Assembly: GCA_963704755.1 (NCBI GenBank)
Contig: OY969938.1
Coordinates: forward strand, 1,710,001 to 1,742,000
Length of the DNA: 32,000 bases
Origin: an uncultured Chloroflexia bacterium
GTDB lineage: Bacteria > Chloroflexota > Anaerolineae > Anaerolineales > Anaerolineaceae
Direction: 5' to 3'
Position 1 is the first letter of the stretch. Each line of letters starts with the position of its first letter. The translations under genes and the position numbers were made by a program. The notes under the pieces are model-generated. The model saw nothing but the letters and a program-made list of their open reading frames with translations. It ran no database searches and was not told the DNA's origin. This document shows positions 8,731 to 18,379 of this stretch, piece by piece.

Positions 8731-9894
8731 TTATTCCTTTACCCAGCGGATGATGCGATCGGCCAAAATCTCACCGATATCCTCCTGAATAAAGTGCCCG
8801 GCTTCGAACCGTTCGTGCGGCTGGCCGGCTGCACCGGGGATGTGCTCGGTTAACCGTTTCTGGTTGGCGCGGGAGCCCATATTGAAATCGTGCTCCCCGC
8901 CAAAGAACAGGAAGGGCCTCTCGAACCGGCCTAAAGCCTTCCAGGCCGGCACGTTTTGCCGTTCAACCGCCGCGATCATGGATGGAAATGCCCGCACCGC
9001 GGCTTTATAGACCAGGCTGGGATACGGGGCATCGTACGCGGCGAGTTCTTGCCGGGACGGCTGGCTGACGGTTTGCGAATTTACCACCTGGCTGGGCGTG
9101 AAATCAGGCGCGGTCAGGGCGTACAGAATCCATTTCTGGAAGCTTGCCGCCCAGGTGGCCGGGCTGTAATTTCCAGGGAGGGTAAAATCGCCCAGCCCGC
9201 AGTTGATCTCAACCGGGTTGGGGACCCGAAATGGGTTAAGACCCCTGGGGATTACCGGCAGTGTCGTGTTCGCGGCAATTATCCTGGCGAACCGCTCGGG
9301 CTGGTCGCCGGCTACACGCAGGCCCATCAGGCCGCCCCAATCCTGGCAAAACAGGGTGATATCGTTCAAACCCACGGCGGCGATAAAGGCATTCAACCGT
9401 TGAACGTGTTTCTCGAAGGTATGGAAACTCAACGCGACCGGTTTATCCGAACGCCCCATGCCAATGTGATCTACGGCGATGGCGCGGAAACCGGCCTGGG
9501 CCAGGGGCGGTATCATCTTGCGATAAAGATACGACCAGCTCGGCTGACCGTGCAGCATCAAGATCACCGGGCCGTCACGCGGGCCTTCATCAACGTAGTG
9601 CATGCGCAGCCCTTCGACCTGGGCGTAATGCGGTTCGAAGGGAAAGCCGGGCAGGTTGGCAAAGCGTTCGTCGGGCGTTCGCACAAAGCGAACACCCGAT
9701 TCAGCGGTCAAGATGGGCGCATCGCGGTCATCTGCGACGCAGGCGGGGCGGTCCGTTGAATCGACCAGAGTCCAGTTTGGGTCGCGGGCCGGCGACTTGC
9801 CGGCCAGGCGATTGGCCCTGATCGCCCGCAGCAAGGTGGGCAGTTGATTGAGGTTCGCTGCGGTCGTATTCTGATGGTTATTTTGTGGGTTCAT
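8731..9894 (-). CDS. haloalkane-dehalogenase-like alpha/beta hydrolase (HLD-I-like) with ~70-aa N-terminal extension
   Basis: 387-aa ORF. RTPDERFANLPGFPFEPHY...MHYVDEGPRDGPVILMLHGQPSWSYLYRKMIP...GMGRSDKP. Nucleophile elbow FCQDWGG carries the Asp nucleophile typical of haloalkane dehalogenases. Confidence 0.8.
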   Translation of the reverse strand: MNPQNNHQNTTAANLNQLPTLLRAIRANRLAGKSPARDPNWTLVDSTDRPACVADDRDAPILTAESGVRFVRTPDERFANLPGFPFEPHYAQVEGLRMHYVDEGPRDGPVILMLHGQPSWSYLYRKMIPPLAQAGFRAIAVDHIGMGRSDKPVALSFHTFEKHVQRLNAFIAAVGLNDITLFCQDWGGLMGLRVAGDQPERFARIIAANTTLPVIPRGLNPFRVPNPVEINCGLGDFTLPGNYSPATWAASFQKWILYALTAPDFTPSQVVNSQTVSQPSRQELAAYDAPYPSLVYKAAVRAFPSMIAAVERQNVPAWKALGRFERPFLFFGGEHDFNMGSRANQKRLTEHIPGAAGQPHERFEAGHFIQEDIGEILADRIIRWVKE

Positions 9895-10176
9895 ATCGGG
9901 GTATCCGGCCGATCAAAAAGTTCAGGCCACCGGCTGTGCGGCTAAAGATATTGAAATCGTCGTCCTGGCCTGGGAAAAAGGCCAATCATTGGACCGCCAA
10001 TTCAAGGAAAGCAAGCCCTGCGCCGGGGAACGGTTCCAGGATCGCCAGGCGATCTTTCCCCTGCCGACCCGCTGCTTGGAGTATATTATACATCGTATAA
10101 ATTATACAATGTATAATATAGAAGTCAAGTCATGGATTGACCGGCGGAGAATCTCGTAGCGACCTGGAGATTCCCT

Positions 10177-13100
10177 GGCTCAATCCACGCTCCCCGTGTG
10201 GGGAGCGACAATCATCTCCAAATAGTCCGGCAACAATAGGGGTGTTTCAATCCACGCTCCCCGTGTGGGGAGCGACGGGCCGAGATGGTAACTATCTCAC
10301 TCGACTACCCAGTTTCAATCCACGCTCCCCGTGTGGGGAGCGACATGAGCAGGTCGGGCCTGTACTCATGCGTTACCTGTTTCAATCCACGCTCCCCGTG
10401 TGGGGAGCGACGTAGACCGGTTTCGGAAAACCTCCTGTTTCCGTGGTTTCAATCCACGCTCCCCGTGTGGGGAGCGACTCGAACGCAATGGCGCACGGGC
10501 TGGCGCTACCAGGTGTTTCAATCCACGCTCCCCGTGTGGGAAGCGACATCGACCGCACTACTAACCGCTCGTCCTTGTAGTTTCAATCCACGCTCCCCGT
10601 GTGGGGAGCGACGAGAGGTTTCCGCGAGTTCCCAACATCGGTGGCGTTTCAATCCACGCTCCCCGTGTGGGGAGCGACGCGATCATGGCATCATGGAGAT
10701 GGTTGTATTTGTTTCAATCCACGCTCCCCGTGTGGGGAGCGACCATCCGTTTCCATTTGGCTGTTTCGGTTTCGGAGGTTTCAATCCACGCTCCCCGTGT
10801 GGGGAGCGACAACAAATTCTGGAGTTTTTACAGCAGGATCACGAGTTTCAATCCACGCTCCCCGTGTGGGGAGCGACGGTAAGCAGGTATTCTCAAGGCA
10901 ATCTTATTGCCGTTTCAATCCACGCTCCCCGTGTGGGGAGCGACGACAAGGGAAGTCAACTTATCATCTTTGATCGCTTCGTTTCAATCCACGCTCCCCG
11001 TGTGGGGAGCGACCAGGTTATTTAATCCATTTGTAATTAGTTGCAATTGTTTCAATCCACGCTCCCCGTGTGGGGAGCGACTTTAATATTATTGCGTCTC
11101 TTGATACCTGTGTGAGCCTGTTTCAATCCACGCTCCCCGTGTGGGGAGCGACTTAATATTATTGCGTCTCTTGATACCTGTGTGAGCCTGTTTCAATCCA
11201 CGCTCCCCGTGTGGGGAGCGACAATCCATCGGGCGCTGATAGGGATGATCCGGGCGCAGTTTCAATCCACGCTCCCCGTGTGGGGAGCGACTCATTTGTC
11301 TACCCTCAAACTATCGTGTTCGCAGTGTTTCAATCCACGCTCCCCGTGTGGGGAGCGACGTTTGGCCATGACACCTCAAATGTAATATCCCAGTTTCAAT
11401 CCACGCTCCCCGTGTGGGGAGCGACTTCAAGGCTCGCAACGCAGGGCGTTGGGTTCTGTTTCAATCCACGCTCCCCGTGTGGGGAGCGACAAGTGCGGCC
11501 GGGGTCAACGTCTGGTTTTGATTCAGTTTCAATCCACGCTCCCCGTGTGGGGAGCGACATCCCGCGCGGTTTACGTACGCCGTCACCGATCAGGTTTCAA
11601 TCCACGCTCCCCGTGTGGGGAGCGACTTCAACCGGCAGTGATAGTGATGCGTGCCATGCCGGTTTCAATCCACGCTCCCCGTGTGGGGAGCGACTTCTGA
11701 TTTTGTGGCCTGGCGCGCGTGGTCATTGTTTCAATCCACGCTCCCCGTGTGGGGAGCGACATCTGCTAGAGAGCAAAAAACCGCGGACGGGTCGTTTCAA
11801 TCCACGCTCCCCGTGTGGGGAGCGACGGTCTTATCCGTGTACAAGGTAGCCATAATCGGGGGTTTCAATCCACGCTCCCCGTGTGGGGAGCGACCTGGTC
11901 AACGCGGCCGGCCAGACAAACCCGCCGTTAGGTTTCAATCCACGCTCCCCGTGTGGGGAGCGACGCCGGCTTCGTAGCGACGGATGAGATCGCCGAGATT
12001 CGGTTTCAATCCACGCTCCCCGTGTGGGGAGCGACTGGACTGGCGTGTGATTTGGGATGTGTTTATCCCTGTTTCAATCCACGCTCCCCGTGTGGGGAGC
12101 GACCATACCAGGTCGTCGCATCCACCAACTCGTTGAGTGTTTCAATCCACGCTCCCCGTGTGGGGAGCGACATGCCGCTCTTCTTCAGGGCGTCTACCTT
12201 TTCTTTGTTTCAATCCACGCTCCCCGTGTGGGGAGCGACTTGGTCGTCGGCCGGGAATACGTCCCGCGTCTTGTTTCAATCCACGCTCCCCGTGTGGGGA
12301 GCGACTTATACGCCAAAACGGTAATAGCACACAATATAGTTTCAATCCACGCTCCCCGTGTGGGGAGCGACCCATAGGATCGACAACATGGATACTAATT
12401 TGCACGTTTCAATCCACGCTCCCCGTGTGGGGAGCGACCATCCGCAGGAGCCGTCACCAGGAAATAGACCAGGTTTCAATCCACGCTCCCCGTGTGGGGA
12501 GCGACGGGATGTGGGAAGGGTAGGGCATGCAGGACATGTTTCAATCCACGCTCCCCGTGTGGGGAGCGACGGGATGTGGGAAGGGTAGGGCATGCAGGAC
12601 ATGTTTCAATCCACGCTCCCCGTGTGGGGAGCGACTATGACTTCGATGATTATGATACCAAAGTAATTGTGTTTCAATCCACGCTCCCCGTGTGGGGAGC
12701 GACTATGACTTCGATGATTATGATACCAAAGTAATTGTGTTTCAATCCACGCTCCCCGTGTGGGGAGCGACTTGGACCTCCACTGCCACTTTCGATTTGT
12801 TCATAGGTTTCAATCCACGCTCCCCGTGTGGGGAGCGACCTTTGATCCCGGATGTCAGCGTATGGGAAGATGAGTTTCAATCCACGCTCCCCGTGTGGGG
12901 AGCGAACTCGAGCAACACAAAGATTTTAAGGCTTTCGAGGCATTGTTTCAATCCACGCTCCCCGTGTGGGGAGCGACGGTCCTGAGTTAAACCAAACGGG
13001 AGCAATAGGTTGTTTCAATCCACGCTCCCCGTGTGGGGAGCGACTTCCAACCTGGCCATGACGCAAACGCTTACCAGCGGGTTTCAATCCACGCTCCCCG

Positions 13101-14254
13101 TGTGGGGAGCGACTCGGATGATTGGAGTGTAAGCCCCGTTTCTACAGGTTTCAATCCACGCTCCCCGTGTGGGGAGCGACGCAAACGCGCGGTCCTTTTT
13201 GCATCTCACGGGAGTTTCAATCCACGCTCCCCGTGTGGGGAGCGACCATTAAAGACAAACGTGGCTATCGGAGATAATTGTTTCAATCCACGCTCCCCGT
13301 GTGGGGAGCGACCACCGACCTGGACCAATAGCAAAATTAGCGCCGTTTCAATCCACGCTCCCCGTGTGGGGAGCGACACGCGGTTTGCCTCCGCAACCTC
13401 GCGTACCGACGGGTTTCAATCCACGCTCCCCGTGTGGGGAGCGACTACAATCCGTGGGCGGTCGGTATTCGCAGAAGCGTTTCAATCCACGCTCCCCGTG
13501 TGGGGAGCGACGCGAGTATTCTGCGCGTCGATGGCGGATGTATTTGAGTTTCAATCCACGCTCCCCGTGTGGGGAGCGACGCCAGTAGGCACACCCTTCC
13601 TGGTTGGGGGCTGGTTTCAATCCACGCTCCCCGTGTGGGGAGCGACTCTGCGCTCAAAACGATTCGGATTACATCCTACTCGTTTCAATCCACGCTCCCC
13701 GTGTGGGGAGCGACCCGAGGATCAGGCCAACGCAGACAAGCGCATTCCAGTTTCAATCCACGCTCCCCGTGTGGGGAGCGACCTGGACGAGCTGGGTAGA
13801 CCAACAAAATGGTGTTTCAATCCACGCTCCCCGTGTGGGGAGCGACTTGGGAATTTCAACACCTATTTCTGGACTGTTGGGTTTCAATCCACGCTCCCCG
13901 TGTGGGGAGCGACGCGATTTCTGTCAGGTTTATCGCGCCGGTCTCTGTGTTTCAATCCACGCTCCCCGTGTGGGGAGCGACGCGGCTATGGCGGCCCTGA
14001 CATCTAACCATAGAGGTTTCAATCCACGCTCCCCGTGTGGGGAGCGACCAATACAACGATATCTTCCTCGCCCGGATACGTGTTTCAATCCACGCTCCCC
14101 GTGTGGGGAGCGACCCGTGGAAACGCTCGGGGACGGGTCGTCCCGAACTTCCAGGTTTCAATCCACGCTCCCCGTGTGGGGAGCGACACGGTATATACCG
14201 CGTGGTATAATTATCTGTATCGTTTCAATCCACGCTCCCCGTGTGGGGAGCGAC
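10177..14254 (-). CRISPR. CRISPR array of 61 repeats (33 bp) and 60 spacers (31-40 bp), type I-C repeat class
   Basis: I located every repeat by hand. The + strand unit is GTTTCAATCCACGCTCCCCGTGTGGGGAGCGAC. Its reverse complement GTCGCTCCCCACACGGGGAGCGTGGATTGAAAC has a 7-bp stem / 4-nt loop and the ATTGAAAC 3' end typical of I-C. This sets transcription on the minus strand, co-directional with cas. The terminal repeat at 10177-10209 is degenerate (GGCT for GTTT), as expected for the leader-distal end. Point variants lie at 10541 and 12906. Confidence 0.97.
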
Positions 14255-14423
14255 CGCAACATCTGGGGTAAAAAAAGATCAATCCCCAAGATATTGGCCT
14301 CGCTTTATCCATTTTACCTTTACTGCCTGCTTTATCGCTCTTTTCTTAGGCAATATTCGGCTTTTAAGGTTCCAATTTTGCGCGAATCCACCTGGAAAGT
14401 CATGGGCGCTTATCGTTCGCAAT
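14255..14423 (-). promoter_or_regulatory. CRISPR leader (169 bp, AT-rich) between the cas2 remnant stop and the first repeat
   Basis: Assigned from its position between the last cas-derived stop codon (14424-14426) and the leader-proximal repeat (14222-14254), and from its A/T-rich composition. No promoter was mapped. Confidence 0.55.
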
Positions 14424-14570
14424 TCAAGTAATCAAGGGACCCTCCAGGTCAGGTGTCTCTTTTGCGCCGATATGTTCGACTCGATTGCGCCAGTGGTCGT
14501 CCAGGTTATAAAACCGCAAGCTATCCTTCTCCTTGTCGATCAATTCTTCCAGGCGGGCCTGTACTTGTAT
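14424..14570 (-). pseudogene. cas2: cas2 3' remnant (last ~45 codons only)
   Basis: My hand translation of the minus strand, one frame off from cas4, gives ...IQVQARLEELIDKEKDSLRFYNLDDHWRNRVEHIGAKETPDLEGPLIT*. This matches the conserved C-terminus of type I-C Cas2 (..DSLRFY....W...VEH.GAK......L(I/L)). There is no N-terminal half and no start codon. Confidence 0.75.
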
Positions 14571-14896
14571 TCTACCGGGGCAGGAAGGTAAAGCCCCTCT
14601 CGCCCCGGCAAGTTGACCCCACAGTCTGCACGGGTGAACTCGATCACATCACATATGCCGGCCAGGCCCAGGCGATATGAGGTAACAGGCGCCGCCCGTG
14701 CGATAACCACGCCGCTGCGCAGTTCGGCGAAAATGGGATCATCCGTACGTTTGTGCAACAGGCGACCCTCGGCCGTGCGGGCATTTTCCTGCCACTGCCG
14801 CTCGACGTGGATCAGCGCCCACTGCCGGCGGCAGAACAGGAAATGCTGGATGCCCGCAAGGGGCAGCAGTTCTTCTGCAGTGTATTCGGATTTCAT
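14540..14896 (-). pseudogene. cas4: cas4, 3'-truncated (118 codons; stops just after the ExK nuclease motif)
   Basis: The N-terminus LLPLAGIQHFLFCRRQWALIHVERQWQENARTAEGRLLH..., then ICDVIEF and PVEYK, are Cas4 (RecB-like) hallmarks. The ORF ends ...PVEYKYRPAWKN*, without the QxxxY motif or the C-terminal Cys cluster. It shares an ATGA overlap with the cas7 stop. Confidence 0.8.
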
Positions 14897-15759
14897 AATG
14901 CTTCGATCAACTCAACCCCTGCGGGCATCCGGTCATCCACGATTAAGGTGTAATCTTCAAACTTGCGAGGAGCAATAACGCCTTCTTTTCTCTCGATTTT
15001 GATCAAATCGAAGAGTTTATGCGAAGGAGCGTTGCCCAAATCGCTTTCATGCTTGAAAATGAACAATTTTCGGGCAGCCATTTTCCCACGCGCAGCGGAA
15101 TGATCGTGCTCGAACATATTAATCAACGCGTCCCATAATAGTTTCAGGTCGTCTTCGGAAAAGCCCGTACCTTTTGTGGGATCATTGGCCAACTTGGCCG
15201 AAACGTATCCTTCAGCCCGATACAAGCCATAGGGAATAACGTGCTTGCGCCCCATGGTCCGTTCTTTCTCGGCTTCTTCTTCGCGGGTTACTGTCTGGCG
15301 TGTGATCGTCACTTCCTGTTGGAAGATAGGGTCCATGCTGCGCGAGAAATTAATTTGTACTGGGCCGCGTACCTGACCACAATTATCACCGGTGGTCATC
15401 ACAGCGCCGAAGGTACGCACGTCAAAGAAATTTTCGCACATCCAGGCGCGGGCCTCACTGACTTTGTCGAGAGCAGCTTTCTTTCCTGGCTCTAACCCTA
15501 TGGTTAAGTAGGCCTCTTTGTGATGGGTATTCAATGGGGTGCCTTCTTTGACGTAAATCCGATAACCAGGTTTGTCACCTTCAACCATTTCAACATAATT
15601 ACGAATTTTCCGTTTCAAGCATACGTCAGTGACGATTCCAAAGCCGGTTTCAGGGTCGATACGAGGCATATTACCTGCGTCGGGATCACCATTGGGGTTG
15701 CCATTTTCCACATCGTAAATCAAAACAAATTCATAGCGGTTGCTGATTGAGTTGGACAT
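14893..15759 (-). CDS. cas7: type I-C Cascade backbone subunit Cas7c (Csd2)
   Basis: 288-aa ORF with the signature YDVENGNPNGDPDAGNMPRIDPETGFGIVTDVCLKRKIRNYV. Confidence 0.95.
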   Translation of the reverse strand: MSNSISNRYEFVLIYDVENGNPNGDPDAGNMPRIDPETGFGIVTDVCLKRKIRNYVEMVEGDKPGYRIYVKEGTPLNTHHKEAYLTIGLEPGKKAALDKVSEARAWMCENFFDVRTFGAVMTTGDNCGQVRGPVQINFSRSMDPIFQQEVTITRQTVTREEEAEKERTMGRKHVIPYGLYRAEGYVSAKLANDPTKGTGFSEDDLKLLWDALINMFEHDHSAARGKMAARKLFIFKHESDLGNAPSHKLFDLIKIERKEGVIAPRKFEDYTLIVDDRMPAGVELIEAL

Positions 15760-15777
15760 GATTTTTCTCCTCTTTGT

Positions 15778-16161
15778 TTATCGAACTACGGATTCTGTGC
15801 CAGACGATTTATCGGTGTTCTTTGTAAAGAAACTGGCGCGCTGGTGGTAGTATCCCAGAATGAAGATACCCTGTTCATCCAATGTCAAACGGGCAGGAAA
15901 AGGCTCGGCAGCCAGCAATTCCATTAAATCCTGGATCTTCCGGTCTGTTGCGCGACCATATTCGGCTTTAGACGTCCAGTGTTGAGACAGTCGCATCAAA
16001 GTTGGAAATACGCTCGCCGGAGTGGCGCAAGCTGAGGTGAAGTAACGGTCTTTGATGCCGGCATTTACATCCCCGATTGCCTCACGTTGTACTTTCTCGA
16101 GAACGGCAAACAAGCGGCCCAATACGTAGGCCGGGTGAGTATAGGATTTATTGAGTGACAT
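15778..16161 (-). CDS. cas11: candidate internally translated small subunit Cas11c (C-terminal 127 aa of cas8c)
   Basis: In-frame ATG (Met500 of Cas8c, minus-strand A at 16161) preceded by GGAGG (16170-16174) with an 8-nt spacer. The product MSLNKSYTHPAYVLGRLFAVLEKVQ... has the size reported for type I-C Cas11 made by internal initiation. Confidence 0.5.
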   Translation of the reverse strand: MSLNKSYTHPAYVLGRLFAVLEKVQREAIGDVNAGIKDRYFTSACATPASVFPTLMRLSQHWTSKAEYGRATDRKIQDLMELLAAEPFPARLTLDEQGIFILGYYHQRASFFTKNTDKSSGTESVVR

Positions 16162-17658
16162 TTGTAGTGCCTCCAAGTAAGGTTTTTGAGCCTGGCGACG
16201 AAACTTACGCAAAAGGTAGGCCTTGATAAACGCTGCTCTCACGTAGTTTATTTTTCGACTTCTATTTTCGTCGTCGTTATCGTGGCGAACGCGGTTAATG
16301 ATGGCCGAATATAATCCTTCCGGATAAGGTGCTCCGGTGAGAATGGAACGCATGAGCGCACCCCCCATGAGCCCCCAGGTGGACTTCAGTTCATCATCCC
16401 GCCGGGTCACCTTGGGCGAAACACATTCTGCCAGGATGCGATACGGGGAAATGGTATCATGCTGGTTTTGGAACTCCTTTTGGATTTGTAAATCCTCATA
16501 ATGGATCATGATCCGTTCGACAAACTTGCCAAAGGCATCCGTGAGGAAAAATCTCACTGAAAGCCGGGCGGCGTTGGGGGCCAGGCCTAACACAAAAAAT
16601 CGGGTTTGGGGATCCAGTCCTTCTTGCAGAGAAAGAAAATCCAGTGCCTGGGCATGGGCAACTTTACCGGCTACGACTGCCAGTTTAGCTTCGGCTTCTT
16701 TTTGATCCCCCTGGCCATCGACAGAACGGTCATCCCAAAAAGCCGGATTGATCAGGGTGGCAAAGGTGCTTGCGTACTTTTTATTAATGCTCTCGGCCCA
16801 ATACACTACAGTGGTATCACCAAGTTGTATTTTTCGATTGGGATTTTGCGCCGAAAGCAGATAATTAAGCGCTACACCGTAGCCGGAAGCAATTCGTTGG
16901 CCGGTAGGGGAATTCAGCCCCTGGCCTTTAACCCGGCCATAAGATTCGTAAGCGCGTTCATTGAATCCAACCAGAGAGGCGCCGGTTGGGTTGGCGTCAC
17001 GCACGCCCTGGATGTTGGGATGCAACCGGGCGATGGGTTCCACCTCTCCGGAAACCAGGCACTGCATCTGCACCGTTTCCTCATTCGATCGGGATTCTTC
17101 CCAAATGCGGCGGATTTCTGCATCCAGAATGGTACTCCTGCCATCCACCAAGAAAATCAGGTTCCCGCCTGCAAGAAGAGCATTCATGTTTTGGGCTATT
17201 GCCGGATGCTGACGAATGGTGTCCGAATCGAGCTTTTCCAGGAATTCAACGACAGAACGAGCTTCTACGCTGTTAGCCTTCGAAAGTAGGCCGATATTGT
17301 ATTTTCGAAAGGCCTCGAAGCGTTTGAAAATATAATCGCTGTCCTCTAGACCCTCTTTGGTTTTCTTTTCAGAAATACCTAATATGAAGGTGCTATTATC
17401 GCAAAGAAAATTCGGTTTCGGATCTATCCCCGCTCGTTTCACCTGCTCCGGGACGATCATCCGTCGATAGTTCACCTCGCGATCTTTCTTGCCATCGAAA
17501 AATTTTGTGGTGAAGGGAAAAAGATCGAGCAATTCTCCATCCTGTGACAAGTTCAAAGCAAAACTTACGTTGGCCGCGCTGTATCCGGGAGGGGCAATCT
17601 CCGCTTCGGGATCTTCGAGCAAGATTTCGTAATATCGGTAGAGGGATTGCAGAATCAT
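15778..17658 (-). CDS. cas8c: type I-C large subunit Cas8c (Csd1)
   Basis: 626-aa ORF with the N-terminus MILQSLYRYYEILLED typical of Csd1. It sits between cas5c and cas7c and overlaps the cas5 stop by 4 nt. Confidence 0.95.
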   Translation of the reverse strand: MILQSLYRYYEILLEDPEAEIAPPGYSAANVSFALNLSQDGELLDLFPFTTKFFDGKKDREVNYRRMIVPEQVKRAGIDPKPNFLCDNSTFILGISEKKTKEGLEDSDYIFKRFEAFRKYNIGLLSKANSVEARSVVEFLEKLDSDTIRQHPAIAQNMNALLAGGNLIFLVDGRSTILDAEIRRIWEESRSNEETVQMQCLVSGEVEPIARLHPNIQGVRDANPTGASLVGFNERAYESYGRVKGQGLNSPTGQRIASGYGVALNYLLSAQNPNRKIQLGDTTVVYWAESINKKYASTFATLINPAFWDDRSVDGQGDQKEAEAKLAVVAGKVAHAQALDFLSLQEGLDPQTRFFVLGLAPNAARLSVRFFLTDAFGKFVERIMIHYEDLQIQKEFQNQHDTISPYRILAECVSPKVTRRDDELKSTWGLMGGALMRSILTGAPYPEGLYSAIINRVRHDNDDENRSRKINYVRAAFIKAYLLRKFRRQAQKPYLEALQMSLNKSYTHPAYVLGRLFAVLEKVQREAIGDVNAGIKDRYFTSACATPASVFPTLMRLSQHWTSKAEYGRATDRKIQDLMELLAAEPFPARLTLDEQGIFILGYYHQRASFFTKNTDKSSGTESVVR

Positions 17659-18320
17659 TGGCGCACCTCAACTTTGGTCAAGTCGAGCACTCCATCCACC
17701 ATACCGGCTTTAAAGAATTTAGGTTGAATATCTCTCGCATTGGAAAAATCCAGATCGTAGAGCATCCAACCGAAATCTCGTTCGCCAGTAAGTTGGCTTT
17801 TAGGGATTTGTTGTTTATCCTCAATGATTTCCACTTTTGCAGGGAATTCTCGCGTTCCGAGGCAAGGTGTATGATGGTATTGCCCCTGGCGCAGGCGGCG
17901 TAAGATGATGTTGTAATGCCCTTCTTTGGTATCGCGTTCGCCCCAGTGAGCAGGCACTTCATCAAAATGGGCCTCAATTACATAATCTACATTAGTGAGA
18001 ATCATGGATGCCCGCTGCTGGCGGTTGTCTACAGCCGACAAAAATAGCGGCTTACTTCCTCCTTTCATTACCTGCAAGGCGTTATCCGTTGATAGCTTTT
18101 CGCTCACCTCATTGCGGCGAATGTTGGTGAACTGGATTTCGTTTAGAACATGGATCTTGTCTATATTCCAACGGATAGCCGGCTTCCAATAGACCGCCTC
18201 GATAATGCCTCTCGCAGCCGATGGGGTGATTACGTCGTAACTGACCCGTTCCACCTTCATTTCCGGACGGGTAAACAAGGCATATGGTCCGCTGACCCTG
18301 ATTATGATGCCATATCCCAT
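17655..18320 (-). CDS. cas5: type I-C pre-crRNA endonuclease Cas5c (Cas5d)
   Basis: 221-aa ORF with the signature IRVSGPYALFTRPEMKVERVSYDVITPSAARGIIEAVYWKPAIRW. Confidence 0.95.
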   Translation of the reverse strand: MGYGIIIRVSGPYALFTRPEMKVERVSYDVITPSAARGIIEAVYWKPAIRWNIDKIHVLNEIQFTNIRRNEVSEKLSTDNALQVMKGGSKPLFLSAVDNRQQRASMILTNVDYVIEAHFDEVPAHWGERDTKEGHYNIILRRLRQGQYHHTPCLGTREFPAKVEIIEDKQQIPKSQLTGERDFGWMLYDLDFSNARDIQPKFFKAGMVDGVLDLTKVEVRQ

Positions 18321-18379
18321 AAGTCGAACCTCCTATCTTCGCCAGCTCTCCCGAGCTTTGAAGAAACTCTCGGGGTAGA

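Noticed and set aside
10137-14431. Dozens of + and - strand ORFs (up to 324 aa) with recurring peptides FNPRSPCGER, FQSTLPVWGAT, VSIHAPRVGSD, SLPTRGAWIE and RSPHGERGLK
   Set aside because: They are translations of the 33-bp CRISPR repeat in different frames, stitched through the spacers. They are not genes.
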